Assembly: GCA_963708295.1 (NCBI GenBank)
Contig: CAVPSJ010000014.1
Span: 306,491 to 370,490, forward strand
DNA: 64,000 nt
Reading direction: 5' to 3'
Origin: an uncultured delta proteobacterium
GTDB lineage: Bacteria > Desulfobacterota > BSN033 > UBA1163
The translations under genes were made by a program, and so were the position numbers. Below are positions 29,832 through 40,144 of the stretch, piece by piece. Below the pieces are notes generated by a model. That model did no database searches, was not told where the DNA came from, and saw only the letters and a program-made list of their open reading frames with translations. Positions within the stretch are counted from its first letter, which is position 1. The number at the start of each line of letters is the position of its first letter.

Positions 29832-30812
29832 TCAGGCAGGAAGCGCACTCAATTCCCCTTCGACAAAGAGCATGCCGGTCAGCATTCCCGCCAGGATATC
29901 CCATCCGGATGTTTCGCCGATCCCGAGTAAGCGCTCGGTTTCTCCCAGGGTTCGACTTAGGTCTCGGCCATTCAACAATGACACGACCACATCATGGAGC
30001 GGTTTGGGTCCGTGGCCGAGGGCATGATCTCTGAGAATCGCATGGCTGATGGGATGGGTCTGTGTGGACGCCCATTCGATCAGATCCATGACAGGTTCGT
30101 CTTCCCAGCGGAAGTGCTGAGGGTACGCTGTCTTGAGCGCGTGAGCGGCGAAGAGCAGACCTCCGAGAAAATCATCTCCTGAAGGCGTCAGGCCCGGACC
30201 GAGGCCGACCAGTTCCCTGCTTCTCCGCGCCACCTCCGTCATATCGAGGTCCAAACAGGCCGTTGTAAGATCAAGCATGGCATTGCGAGCTTTGGCGAGG
30301 AAGGGATCTGCGTTCGAAATCGCCTGCTTCTTGCCGCCCACGACCGACGAAATGAGTGAAATCATCCGGCCGAGCCCTTTTGCGTTCCCAAGCCTCGTGA
30401 CGGCCTCAACCCACTGGCGGATGTGCGCCTGAACGGTAGGGAGCGGCTCTGCGTTCCCCGGTCCGACGCCGGAGGGCTTCCATTCCGTTGCTGGCTCCAG
30501 ATCAACGGTTGTTCCCTCCGGAAATCGTATCCACGGACCATCGACGAAGAAGTTTTGGCCTACGCTAATAGACCTCGGCCGAAACGAAACCAGAATGCAC
30601 CGCCTGTGCATGGCCAGCCCTTGCTGTGACATCCACAAAATTTCTCCGTCTCCGCTGACCAAGTAGACCGATGCAGAAAGAACAGCAAGCACTTTTCCTG
30701 AGAAACCATGCTGAGCAAGCAGGCCCTTGGCCCTCGATCCGATCTGCTTTGCATGATAGAGAAAAGGCTTCTCGTTTTCATTAAGAACAAAACAATCGGC
30801 AATAGGCTGCAT
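29832..30812 (-). CDS. ylbF: DUF2877 protein (YlbF/AllH-like)
   Basis: LVGLGPGLTPSGDDFLGG, THPIS, IGETSGWDILAG. Confidence 0.88.
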   Translation of the reverse strand: MQPIADCFVLNENEKPFLYHAKQIGSRAKGLLAQHGFSGKVLAVLSASVYLVSGDGEILWMSQQGLAMHRRCILVSFRPRSISVGQNFFVDGPWIRFPEGTTVDLEPATEWKPSGVGPGNAEPLPTVQAHIRQWVEAVTRLGNAKGLGRMISLISSVVGGKKQAISNADPFLAKARNAMLDLTTACLDLDMTEVARRSRELVGLGPGLTPSGDDFLGGLLFAAHALKTAYPQHFRWEDEPVMDLIEWASTQTHPISHAILRDHALGHGPKPLHDVVVSLLNGRDLSRTLGETERLLGIGETSGWDILAGMLTGMLFVEGELSALPA

Positions 30813-30813
30813 C

Positions 30814-31917
30814 TTACTTCGTCTGACCGATGACGCCTTCAACGAGCCAGTCCATTTTCCCCAGGGCTGCGATGGGAAATGCCTCGCCGGCCTTCACCCG
30901 CTCAACGCCTTTGTTATCCTTGATCGGACCCTGGAAAACATTCAGCTTGCCGTTGATAAATTCTTGTTTTTTTGTGTTGACCAGCTTTATTGCATCAGAC
31001 GGGACGGCGGGGCCGAAGGGTGCGATGGTGAGATAATCACTCGCAAGGTTGCCTAAGAGGGCCTCGCTTTTCCAAGTCCCCTCCATGACCTGTTTGGCAA
31101 ACCGGGTGTAGAGTTCACCCCAGGTAAAGGCAACGCCGCTGATCCAGCCCTTGGGAGCGAACTTTTGTACGCCGATGTAATGGTAGCCTACGGAGAAGGC
31201 CCCGCGCTTTTCAGCAGCCTGCACCACCGTAATCGGAGAGTCTACAATGACACCAAGGACATCCACGCCTTGATCCAAGAGGGCGTTTGCAGCGGTCGCT
31301 TCCTTTCCAGGATCCAGGAAGGTTCCGGTAAAGACCACGCGTGTTTCCGCTTTCGGATTGACGGACTGCACTCCAAGGTGAAAGGCGTTCACGTTCGCCA
31401 GGAAAAAGCTGATGGGAAGGGCGACCACATAGCCCAGCTTATTTGTCTTGGTGGTTTTGCCCGCCGCAATACCCATCAGATAAAAGGCCTCCGGAGTGCT
31501 TGCCCAGTAAGTGCCCAGGTTCGGGGCGAGCTTGTATCCCCCGGGGTGCACAAACTTGACGTCCGGGTATTTTTTAGCCACTCTCAAGGCCGGATCCAGA
31601 TAGCCAAAGCTTGCGGGGATGATGAGCTGGGCTCCTTGCCTGATCATGTTCTCCATCACGCGCTCAGCATCGGCGCCTTCCGGGACATTCTCGACTTCGA
31701 TCAGCTCGACGTTCGGAAGATTTTTCTTCATGACCTGCACACCCTCGGCATGGGCCTGGTTGTAACCGGCGTCTGCGATGGAGCCAATATGCAGGATGCC
31801 TACCTTCAATTTTGGCTGTGCAGAGGGTGTTCCTGTAAGGCTCAGTACGATGGCCACGACAAGGCCGGTTAAAAGAACCAGAAACGCAACTCCATTGTTT
31901 GATCTCTTCTTGTTCAT
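30814..31917 (-). CDS. BMP-family (purine/nucleoside-type) ABC substrate-binding protein
   Basis: IADAGYNQAH, SFGY, NAFHLG, DPGKE, MDWLVEGV, with an N-terminal signal or anchor. Confidence 0.9.
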   Translation of the reverse strand: MNKKRSNNGVAFLVLLTGLVVAIVLSLTGTPSAQPKLKVGILHIGSIADAGYNQAHAEGVQVMKKNLPNVELIEVENVPEGADAERVMENMIRQGAQLIIPASFGYLDPALRVAKKYPDVKFVHPGGYKLAPNLGTYWASTPEAFYLMGIAAGKTTKTNKLGYVVALPISFFLANVNAFHLGVQSVNPKAETRVVFTGTFLDPGKEATAANALLDQGVDVLGVIVDSPITVVQAAEKRGAFSVGYHYIGVQKFAPKGWISGVAFTWGELYTRFAKQVMEGTWKSEALLGNLASDYLTIAPFGPAVPSDAIKLVNTKKQEFINGKLNVFQGPIKDNKGVERVKAGEAFPIAALGKMDWLVEGVIGQTK

Positions 31918-32020
31918 TTTTTCCTCCTCTTTCTTAATGGCTGGATGTTCCAGCCCGTTTTTTGAAATTCTTAGTTAATATTCTTCGTTCTAAATTCACA
32001 GTTGGAAACAATTTTGTGAT

Positions 32021-32346
32021 AAATCCTAAATTCAAAACTCTAAACTCTAAATAAACTCAAAACCCAAAACGGACTAAAATCCAAAACTTTCAAATCGAAA
32101 TATTTGATGATCTTGTAGAAAGTCGTCTCACCGGTGAAAACCGGTGTCCAGTGTTCTTAGAAGCTCCAAAATACTGGATGTGCTCGCTCGCTTCGCTCAC
32201 TCCGCCTCCCTTCGGTCGCCCGGCTGGAGTTTACCCCGTACTTATTACGGGGCCGGAATGACGAATTAGGTTTTTGCGACATTTTACGACTGCATCAAAT
32301 TTGGATTTTGGGTTTATTTAGGGTTTGTTGTTTAGAGTTTAGAATT
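32021..32346. mobile_element. Nested MITE-like element inside inverted heptamer arrays
   Basis: Degenerate aaa(t/c)(c/t)ct arrays at 32021-32100 and their complement at 32300-32346. They flank an element with ends atttgatgatcttgtagaaagtcg / cgacattttacgactgcatcaaat and internal hairpins. Confidence 0.6.
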
Positions 32347-32400
32347 CAAGTTCCCTTTTTATAGATGTTATATATAAATTTCCAGACTGAAACAAGTGAG

Positions 32401-33318
32401 TCATTCCGTCCCTCGGAAGATCTGGCCTAAACTGGCCGGCGCTGCATGCCGTCGTGCGCCGCCCCAGACCGCAAGAACTCCCAGGCTCAAAAGATACGGA
32501 AGCATGTCAAGCAAGAAGGGTGAGATGGGCACCCCCCTTGCCTGCATCTGAAGCTGCAGGGCAATCGCACCGCCGAAAAGTAATGCTCCGACGATCGCCC
32601 GGAGCGGATGCCACTTGGAGAAAATGACCAAAGCAACGGCAACAAACCCTCTGCCCGCTGTCATCCATTCGGCCCAAGTCTTTGCCACTGCCAATGAGAG
32701 ATGCGCTCCTGCGATGCCGCCGAGGAGGCCGGCGATGAACAGTGCCTCATACTGCACTCTGTACGGATGCATCCCCGCGGCAAAGGCGGCCGTGGGTTTT
32801 TCTCCGACTGCCCGCAAGCTCAGTCCCCATCGCGTGTAGAAGAGTGCCCACCATACCAGAATGGCAATCGGGGTGACGAGGTAAACCAGTATATCATAAT
32901 GGAAGAGGGCTGCACCAGCGACGGGAAGGTCTGAGAGGATTGGAATTCGGATCTCATTCAGACCTTTGATTTGGCTGCCGATGCAGGGGGCGCCCAGGAG
33001 GGCGCTGAGTCCCACTCCGCAGAACATCAACGCCAGTCCGCTCGCCAGCTGATTTGCCCTGCGCTCGATCACCAGGTATCCGAAGATCAGGTTGAAGAGA
33101 GCCCCTGCCAGAGCGGCTGCGAAGACACCGAGCGCGGGGTTGCCCGTCTTGACCGTTACGTTGAAGCCCACCACCGCTCCCATGAGCATCACACCCTCCA
33201 GGCCCAGGTTAATGATGCCCGCCCGCTCACCGATGACCTCCCCGAGGGTGGCATAGAGGAGTGGTGTTCCGGCGACAATCGACCCTGAGAGGAGACCTTG
33301 TAACGAAGATCCTATCAT
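32401..33318 (-). CDS. Nucleoside/sugar-type ABC permease
   Basis: TPLLYATLGE, ERAGIINLGLEG, ANQLASG, LRAVGE, AGRGFVAVALV, PASLG. ATGA overlap with the upstream permease. Confidence 0.9.
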   Translation of the reverse strand: MIGSSLQGLLSGSIVAGTPLLYATLGEVIGERAGIINLGLEGVMLMGAVVGFNVTVKTGNPALGVFAAALAGALFNLIFGYLVIERRANQLASGLALMFCGVGLSALLGAPCIGSQIKGLNEIRIPILSDLPVAGAALFHYDILVYLVTPIAILVWWALFYTRWGLSLRAVGEKPTAAFAAGMHPYRVQYEALFIAGLLGGIAGAHLSLAVAKTWAEWMTAGRGFVAVALVIFSKWHPLRAIVGALLFGGAIALQLQMQARGVPISPFLLDMLPYLLSLGVLAVWGGARRHAAPASLGQIFRGTE

Positions 33319-34373
33319 TTGACTCCACCCTTTCCCCCCTGACGGGCAAGGACGACGAACAAGATGAGGGCGTTCAGAATGTTTACCGCCGAGCCTGGGA
33401 GCCCATGGGCCATCTGCAGAATGTCGCCGCCCGCCGTGACGATGGCAAGGAGAAAAGCCGCAGCCACGATGCCCAAAGGGTTTCCGCCGGCCATCCAGCT
33501 GATCAGGAAACCGATGAATCCATAGCCCGGTGAGAGACTGGGTCGAAGACGGCCTTGGATTGCAGAGACCTCGATCATTCCGGCCAGCCCGGCGAGTCCG
33601 CCGCCGATAAACATGAGCAGGATAACATAGCGGCTGATCGGAATTCCATTGCGCCGTGCCGCTTCTGGATTGCCGCCGATGGCTCGCATCTCGAGGCCCC
33701 ACCGCGTCCTGGAGAGAGCAAAATAGAACAGGATAAGCACGGCAAGAGGAAAAACGAACCCCCCATGGACTCGCGTGGAGGCAAAAGAGGGCAGGGTGGC
33801 GGCATCGACAAACTGGGCCGTCTGCGGGTAATTTGCGCTTTCCAGGTCTTTCCAGGGGCCAAAGACAAAGAAATTTACGAGCAGGATGGCCACGTAGTTC
33901 AGCAACAGAGTAGAGATGGTCTCACTCACCCAACCCTTGGCGCGCAGGATGCCCGAAATAGATGCCCACAGTCCCCCTCCGAGAACTCCCAGAAGGGAAA
34001 TGAAAGGTAAAAGAATCCATGCGGGTAGGGTGTTTAAGTTGAGGGCTCCCCAGGTGGCAAATAAAGCTCCGATATAGAGTTGACCTTCCCCCCCCACATT
34101 GATGAGCCAGATTCTGGCCGGTACTGCCACAGCGACCGCTGTGAGCGTGAGAGGGATCATCTTCACCAGGATTTCAGAGAGACCGTAGGTGCTCCCGAGC
34201 GTACTCGAGAAAATATCCGCATAGGCTTTGATCGGGTTTTTGCCGAAGGCCAACAACAAAATGGCAAAGACTATGAAGGCAAGGGCAAAGAGTCCGAAGA
34301 ACCGGATTGAGCTCGCCCACCCTGTGCTACGAAAACGGGGAACTTTGTTGGCCTGTTCAGCGGTGAGACCCAT
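33315..34373 (-). CDS. Nucleoside/sugar-type ABC permease
   Basis: NVGGEGQ, ETISTLLLNY, GLEMRAIGGN, GLAGLAG, GYGFIG. Confidence 0.9.
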   Translation of the reverse strand: MGLTAEQANKVPRFRSTGWASSIRFFGLFALAFIVFAILLLAFGKNPIKAYADIFSSTLGSTYGLSEILVKMIPLTLTAVAVAVPARIWLINVGGEGQLYIGALFATWGALNLNTLPAWILLPFISLLGVLGGGLWASISGILRAKGWVSETISTLLLNYVAILLVNFFVFGPWKDLESANYPQTAQFVDAATLPSFASTRVHGGFVFPLAVLILFYFALSRTRWGLEMRAIGGNPEAARRNGIPISRYVILLMFIGGGLAGLAGMIEVSAIQGRLRPSLSPGYGFIGFLISWMAGGNPLGIVAAAFLLAIVTAGGDILQMAHGLPGSAVNILNALILFVVLARQGGKGGVK

Positions 34374-35907
34374 ATTCCCCCCTGGAACCCGTCATCAGAT
34401 AACCCACGTCGTTGAGGGTGAGATCGTGCGGCGTGCCCGTGCCCGCAATCCGCCCGCGAAATACAACCACCAGACGATCGCTTAGGGCGAAAAGCTCTTC
34501 CAGATCTTCCGAAATCAGGAGCACGCCAGCTCCCTCGTTCCGTGATCTCCTGAACAATTCCCGCGCCGCGATCGCGCTCTGCACATCCAGACCCCGTGTC
34601 GGGTAGAAGGCGAGAATCAATCTGGGGTTCCGCGCCATCTCCTGTGCCAGGATCACACGCTGGAGGTTCCCTCCTGAGAGCGCTCCCACGGGTTTGTTCA
34701 TGGAAGGGATTTCAAAGCCCAGAAGCGTCAAGGACCGCTCGATGTCATCCCGAGCCAATTTCCAGTCCATCGAGAGGCCACCCTGGCGGGCATACCTGCG
34801 GATATTACTGAGCGCCATGTTCTCTTCCACGGTCAGACCTGCAACGGCAGCCATTCCCAGCGGATCTTCTGGGATGAAAGCCACGCCGCTCGATCGTATT
34901 CGAGCAACGGACCAGTGGGTCGCATTTTGACCCCACAGATATTTGGCCCCCGTTTCACACCTTTGCAGTCCCAGGATCACGTCCCCAAGCTCTTTCTGGC
35001 CGTTCCCCGAAACGCCGGCAACACCGACGATTTCGCCCGGCAGGACGGTGAGATTGATTTCTTTGAGGCTTGTCGCTTGGTCCTCAACGGGCGTACTGAC
35101 CTGCTTCAATTGTAGGAGAGGCGGAAGATTCTCTTGGGAGGGTTCACGCGGGCTGCGCGGTGATTCAGAGATTCCTTTGCCGAACATCAAAGAGACCAGT
35201 CCGTCCTCCGTTGCCTCGGAACCCTTAAGCGTACCCGTGACCTGGCCGCGGCGCATGACCGTGATCCGATCCGCGCAAGCAAGAACCTCCTTCAGCTTGT
35301 GGGTGATAAAAACCACGGCAAATCCATCGCGCCGCAATTGGGCGAAGACTCGGAAAAGTCCTTCGACTTCGTGCGGGGCCAAGCTCCGGGTCGGCTCATC
35401 GAGGATGAGAATCTGCGCATCTGCGAGCAGGAGCTTGAGAACTTCCACTTTCTGCTTCTCACCCACAGAGAGCCGCCAGACCAGGGCGGGAGGATCCACC
35501 TGAAGGTCGAATCGTTTCGAAATCTCTTCGATTCGTCCGATCATCGCCCTCTTATTTAGAACGACGGGCAGGTTGGGCAAAAAGAGCGAAATGTTTTCAG
35601 TGACGGTCATTGCGGGAATCAGGGTAAAATCCTGGAAGACCATGCCGATCCGCGATTGCTTGGCGTCGTGAGGCGACCGAATCTGCAGACGCTGGTCTCT
35701 CAGTCGGATCTCTCCCGAGTCCGCCCGGTAAAAGCCGTACAAGATCTTCATGAGGGTGCTCTTACCGGCTCCATTCTCCCCCAGCAGGGCATGAACCTCA
35801 CCGCTGTAAATCTCCAGATCGACATGATCATTGGCGATCACGCCCGGAAAAGATTTAGTAATGCCTCGCAAGGCAAGGAGGGGGGAAGATGGAGTTTTAG
35901 CAGGCAC
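34357..35907 (-). CDS. Two-domain ABC ATPase (nucleoside/sugar type)
   Basis: GENGAGKST, LSVGEKQ, ILDEPT, GVSGNGQ, LSGGNLQ, PTRGLD. Confidence 0.92.
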   Translation of the reverse strand: MPAKTPSSPLLALRGITKSFPGVIANDHVDLEIYSGEVHALLGENGAGKSTLMKILYGFYRADSGEIRLRDQRLQIRSPHDAKQSRIGMVFQDFTLIPAMTVTENISLFLPNLPVVLNKRAMIGRIEEISKRFDLQVDPPALVWRLSVGEKQKVEVLKLLLADAQILILDEPTRSLAPHEVEGLFRVFAQLRRDGFAVVFITHKLKEVLACADRITVMRRGQVTGTLKGSEATEDGLVSLMFGKGISESPRSPREPSQENLPPLLQLKQVSTPVEDQATSLKEINLTVLPGEIVGVAGVSGNGQKELGDVILGLQRCETGAKYLWGQNATHWSVARIRSSGVAFIPEDPLGMAAVAGLTVEENMALSNIRRYARQGGLSMDWKLARDDIERSLTLLGFEIPSMNKPVGALSGGNLQRVILAQEMARNPRLILAFYPTRGLDVQSAIAARELFRRSRNEGAGVLLISEDLEELFALSDRLVVVFRGRIAGTGTPHDLTLNDVGYLMTGSRGEYGSHR

Positions 35908-36029
35908 AAAAAGTTTTTAGCACAAATTCCTTTTTTTGTGAATGGAAAAATTTCGGAAGGGAATTACCACGTTAAGAATGATGCCCCACTGCCGCTGCAG
36001 TCCCGCTATGGCGGGATTACAATATCAGG

Positions 36030-36242
36030 TTTACCGCAGAGGCGCGGAAGTCGTTGAGAAAGTTTTTTTCTGATCCAATTGGGAGACGGCAATTGGATCA
36101 GAAACTGCTAACCTTCGAGCAAACGACCTGGACTCGTTGAAGGCCACGCGAGCGAGTGAGCGCCCGATCATAATAGAGTCACAGAACCCTTTTTGTTTGG
36201 CGGCCTCTCACCGCTGCGGCCTTTGCGTCTCTGCGATGAGAA
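36030..36242. mobile_element. MITE-like element, family B, copy 1
   Basis: Ends tttaccgcagaggcgc / gcgtctctgcgatgag. Internal blocks shared with 47720-48017. Confidence 0.6.
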
Positions 36243-36270
36243 TCCTATTTTGGACAAGGGTGAACGGGGT

Positions 36271-37215
36271 TTACTTTGTGATCGTCGTTCCAGCCTCGCC
36301 TTTGAACGCATTTAGAAGATTTTCAGGCGATGTGATGATCGCCTTTTCACCTCCGTTTTCGAGGAAATTTATGATGGCCTCGATTTTTGGCTTCATGGAG
36401 CCGGGCTTGAAATGACCTTCTTCCAGATATCGCTTTATCTCGGGGAGGAAGACACGACTCAGAGGCCGTTGGTCCTTCTGGCCAAAGTTGAGATAGACGG
36501 CATCTATTGCGGTAGAAATGATAAGCGTGTCCGCACCGAGGCCATTCGCCATGACAGCAGATCCCCAATCCTTGTCGATGACGGCCTCGACGCCTTCTAT
36601 TTCACCCTGTTCATTCAGGATCACGGGGACGCCGCCTCCGCCCGCGGCTATAACAATGTATCCCTTTTGCACCAATAATTTGATGACGTCAAGTTCGATG
36701 ATTTTCTTCGGTATCGGAGAAGGGACAACCCGCCTGTAACCCCGGCCCGCATCCTCTGCAACCTCCCAGCCGAAGCCCTTTTTGTTAGCGAGGGCTTCTT
36801 CTTCGGACATAAACGACCCAATGGGTTTCGTGGGCCGTTCAAAGGATTTGTCTTTTCTGTCGACGATCGTTTGGGTCACGACGGCTGTCACTTTTTTATC
36901 AATTCCTCTTCTGTGAAACTCGTTTAACAGGGCCTTTTCGATCATATACCCGATGGCTCCCTGGGTGTCTGCCCCGCATATATCCAGCGGGATCAGAGGC
37001 AGTTCGTTCCGGGACAGCTCGCCTCTTCGGTATATAAATCCCACTTGCGGGCCATTGCCGTGGGTGATCACCAGGCGGACGCCTTCTGCAATCAGTTCGC
37101 CAATGTATTTTGCCGTTTCCTGGACCATTTCATATTGGAAAGACAAAGCGATGTGGTTCTTATCCTTGATAAGAGAATTCCCCCCCATCGCCAAAACAGC
37201 GAGATGAGATCTCAT
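36271..37215 (-). CDS. arcC: Carbamate kinase
   Basis: AMGGNSL, THGNGPQVG, ADTQGAIGY, PTKPIG, EDAGRGYRRVVPSP, EAVIDKD, GSMKPK, GTTI. Confidence 0.95.
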   Translation of the reverse strand: MRSHLAVLAMGGNSLIKDKNHIALSFQYEMVQETAKYIGELIAEGVRLVITHGNGPQVGFIYRRGELSRNELPLIPLDICGADTQGAIGYMIEKALLNEFHRRGIDKKVTAVVTQTIVDRKDKSFERPTKPIGSFMSEEEALANKKGFGWEVAEDAGRGYRRVVPSPIPKKIIELDVIKLLVQKGYIVIAAGGGGVPVILNEQGEIEGVEAVIDKDWGSAVMANGLGADTLIISTAIDAVYLNFGQKDQRPLSRVFLPEIKRYLEEGHFKPGSMKPKIEAIINFLENGGEKAIITSPENLLNAFKGEAGTTITK

Positions 37216-37467
37216 AGGCTAACCTCCTTCTCGTTCAAATCCTCTTCATGTCCCACAAGGTAACGTGATTCCATTCGGGTTACCGATCTATTGTAGTATA
37301 CATCCTTTCAAGACTTTGTGGAAGTGAGTGTTTCTGAAGGTAGGAAGGAGATAGGGCGTGCGAATAACACCTACTTATCTGCAATCGAAGCAGGTTTTAG
37401 GAATCGAGGATTTCCAGCAGAAATCATCGGGTGAAGTCGATATATTAAAATTAAATCCAAGCGTTCT

Positions 37468-38478
37468 TTAACGGATAATATTCACCGCTTCGGGTTTTAC
37501 TGCTTTGAGTCCATCCAGATAAATATAGTCCGAGAAATCAGGTATTCTCCTTTCAGTAGTCAGTTTGTTCTTTATCATCCACCGCGCCTCGTCCTCCATT
37601 GCAACAATTAACGACTGGTCGAGCGAGAGAGAAAATTGATACCCTGACCAAACTTCTGCCATATACTTGTCATCGAAATTCAGTTTCTTCTGCAGCACCG
37701 CCTTTGCTTTTTCAGGATTACGACTGACATATTGTTCGGCTTCGGACAGAGATTTCAGCAAACGCTTCACCAGTTCGGGATGATGGGTCACCCAATCTGG
37801 TTTACCCACCAGAGTGCCGTAAGCCGGTTGGTGACTGTGTGCCGGCCAGACAAACAACTTACTCCCCAGTTGCTGGATTACCAGGTGGAGGTATCTACTA
37901 CTGGCTATGGCAGCGTCAATCTTCCCGCTACTCAGAGAGTCCCCGGCGTCCATCGGTTGAATGTCAACGAGGGTTACGTCCCTTAAATTCAGGCCGTTCA
38001 ACATAAGCAGCCTACCAAGATAGAATTCCATAATGGTGCCCGGTTCAAATCCTATTTTTTTCCCCTTAAGGTCGGAAATATTCTCAATCCCCCGTTCTTT
38101 TAGTCCTACAACAGCCACGGCCTCGGCCTTACTATAAGTTGTAACGATGCTGATGGCTGTTTTTTGTAATGCTTTCCCGACGGTAATAAACTCCGTTGAA
38201 TAAGCCAGGTCTGCTTCCCCACCCAGCATACCATCGGTTGCAGCCAGTCCATTAACATAAGTTTTGAGGGTCACATTGAGACCATTATCCGTGAAATATT
38301 TCTGCTCGTCAGCAATAAATATGAGCGTGTCCCCCGCGTTGGCCCCTGTTCCAATGGTAATGAGTTCCACCTTCCGGAAACAGCTATTTGGCGCGCGAAG
38401 CCACAGAACAAAAGCCGCTCCCAAAACAACGATAACGGCTGCAAGGATTAATAAGATAAGCCTTTTATTGGTTTCCAT
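37468..38478 (-). CDS. NrtA/SsuA/CpmA-like orphan substrate-binding protein
   Basis: N-terminal TM anchor, YF.DNGLNV, DLKGKKIG, SLDQSLIVAMEDEARW. Start taken at METNK. Confidence 0.8.
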   Translation of the reverse strand: METNKRLILLILAAVIVVLGAAFVLWLRAPNSCFRKVELITIGTGANAGDTLIFIADEQKYFTDNGLNVTLKTYVNGLAATDGMLGGEADLAYSTEFITVGKALQKTAISIVTTYSKAEAVAVVGLKERGIENISDLKGKKIGFEPGTIMEFYLGRLLMLNGLNLRDVTLVDIQPMDAGDSLSSGKIDAAIASSRYLHLVIQQLGSKLFVWPAHSHQPAYGTLVGKPDWVTHHPELVKRLLKSLSEAEQYVSRNPEKAKAVLQKKLNFDDKYMAEVWSGYQFSLSLDQSLIVAMEDEARWMIKNKLTTERRIPDFSDYIYLDGLKAVKPEAVNIIR

Positions 38479-38728
38479 GATTGGATGTGACTCACCATGA
38501 CCCTTTATTGATTTGCAGTTGAAATATACACCTTTTTCAAAAATTAGGGAATAGAAAGTTACAGGAAGAAGTCCTCGGACCACCGGTTGAGGACTCCAGC
38601 TTATGCAGATAACGACTGAAATCAGTAGTGGCTGTAGGCCCGTGGACTCACATAGAATAGGAATCCATTGGGCAATCAGTGTCAGCGTAGGAGGTTAGGT
38701 GGAGATTCTCGCCCCTTCTCTTTATTTC

Positions 38729-39393
38729 CTACTCATACCACTTCGTAAACTCATCCGGCTTTTGCTTGAGGCTGCGGTAGGTATTTAATTTGGCCTTCTC
38801 GTCCGGGTAGCCCAGTGATATGCAGATAACCAGCTTTTTGCTCTCCGCTATACCGAGGAATTTTTTTATCTCCAGTGCGTAGTTGGTCACCGAGGCCTGC
38901 AGGCAGCTCTCCACACCAAGCGAGTGCGCCGCCAGAATCAGGTTCTGGGCAAACAGCCCCATGTCGAAGATCGACCACTCTCCCAGCGACCCGTCAATGA
39001 AGAGGAAGACGGCGCACGGCGCGCCGTAGAACTCAAAGTTCATCAGGCGCAATTTTTCTCTTCCCTCCTCATCATCCCTCGCCACCCCGAGCGTGCTGAG
39101 CCTACGGGCGCCATGCTCCCTGGGAGCGCTCCTCCAGCGCCGACGGCCAGCCCTTGGGCATGGGCAGGTCGGGACTGGTCGGCGCCTTTGCCTTCGCCAG
39201 TTCCAGCAGTTTCCGACCCAGTTCATTCTTCTTTTTACCACTTACCACGACCACCTCCCAGGGCTGGGTGTTGGTATAGGAGGGGCTGTTGCTCGCCGCC
39301 TGTAATATCTTTTTCATCACATCTCTGGTGATGGGATTGGGCTTGAAAGCCGCGAATGCTCCGCCTCGTCTTGATACCTTCCAGGATTTCCAT
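38729..39393 (-). CDS. Nitroreductase-family flavoprotein, frameshifted
   Basis: MEILEGIKTRRSIR-AFK, SPSYTNTQPW, FYGAP, DMGLFAQNLILAA, ISLGYPD. Frame changes near 39350 and 39110-39140. Confidence 0.85.
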
Positions 39394-39534
39394 CGGTAAT
39401 ACCTCCAGTCAAATATTTTTAAAATCGCCAATCATTAAAAGATCAGCAAAGCCTAGCCTTTTTCAAAAGGTCGGAGATTATTGACCCGACGTAAGTCATC
39501 TTTAAGTGATAAGAACTCGCTTTAGGATGAATGG

Positions 39535-39563
39535 AATATACTAAGAACGAAGTTGTATGTCAA
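39535..39563 (-). promoter_or_regulatory. sigma70-type promoter of the nitroreductase gene
   Basis: TTGACA-17 nt-TATATT on the minus strand. Confidence 0.6.
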
Positions 39564-39781
39564 CGACAAAAGACCGTTTCAAATCAAGCATACTCTGTAA
39601 AATTATCTGGTTGCGGACTTAAGGAAGAACTCTTTCTTTTTCCAAACTCCCGCAGGTCTCGATGCCGATTTAGCGCGCTTCCACCTACTAATACTCTGGC
39701 CAAAGCTGTTAGAGAATTGATGATTTCCGATTGAAAGTGAGTGGGATGGTGAAGGAATGATTTGTCCTGAAAGATACTTAA

Positions 39782-40120
39782 TCAAACAGACACTGTTAAA
39801 CCGATATGCAACCCCCTGAGAACGCGTTCGGTGCTGGAAAGATCCCCAATCACTCTCTGCATCGGAAGAGGAAATGTTTTTACCAGAGTTGGGATAGCAA
39901 CAATCTGACCTGCTTTTGCAAGCTGGGGATTCCTTAAAATATCAACTACGGTAATTCGGCATTTGTCATTTAGATGTTCCTGGCAGATCCTCGTGAGATT
40001 GGTAAAGGCCGCTATCGATTTTGCTGTCTTCCCTGCAACATAGAGTCGGAAATCGAATACTCCAGTCACCCTTCCTCCCCTTTTTGCCTTTTGCCGTGGT
40101 CTTCTCTTCCGCCCCTTCAT
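39782..40120 (-). CDS. kaiB: KaiB-family protein (third copy)
   Basis: FRLYVAG.T.KS, VVDIL.NPQLA, IVAIPTLVK..PLP, IGDLS. Confidence 0.88.
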   Translation of the reverse strand: MKGRKRRPRQKAKRGGRVTGVFDFRLYVAGKTAKSIAAFTNLTRICQEHLNDKCRITVVDILRNPQLAKAGQIVAIPTLVKTFPLPMQRVIGDLSSTERVLRGLHIGLTVSV

Positions 40121-40144
40121 TTGTGGTTGCCTTTAAGATTCCCC

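Noticed and set aside
32021-32346. Possible CRISPR array
   Set aside because: The repeats are degenerate heptamers without unique spacers, and there are no cas genes.
33319-33702. 128-aa N-terminal extension of the ABC permease in the ORF track
   Set aside because: It overlaps the upstream permease out of frame. The real start is the ATGA-coupled Met at 33318.
35908-37467. Purine or guanidine riboswitch upstream of the ABC genes or arcC
   Set aside because: No recognisable aptamer consensus by eye. The structure present is explained by repeat family B.
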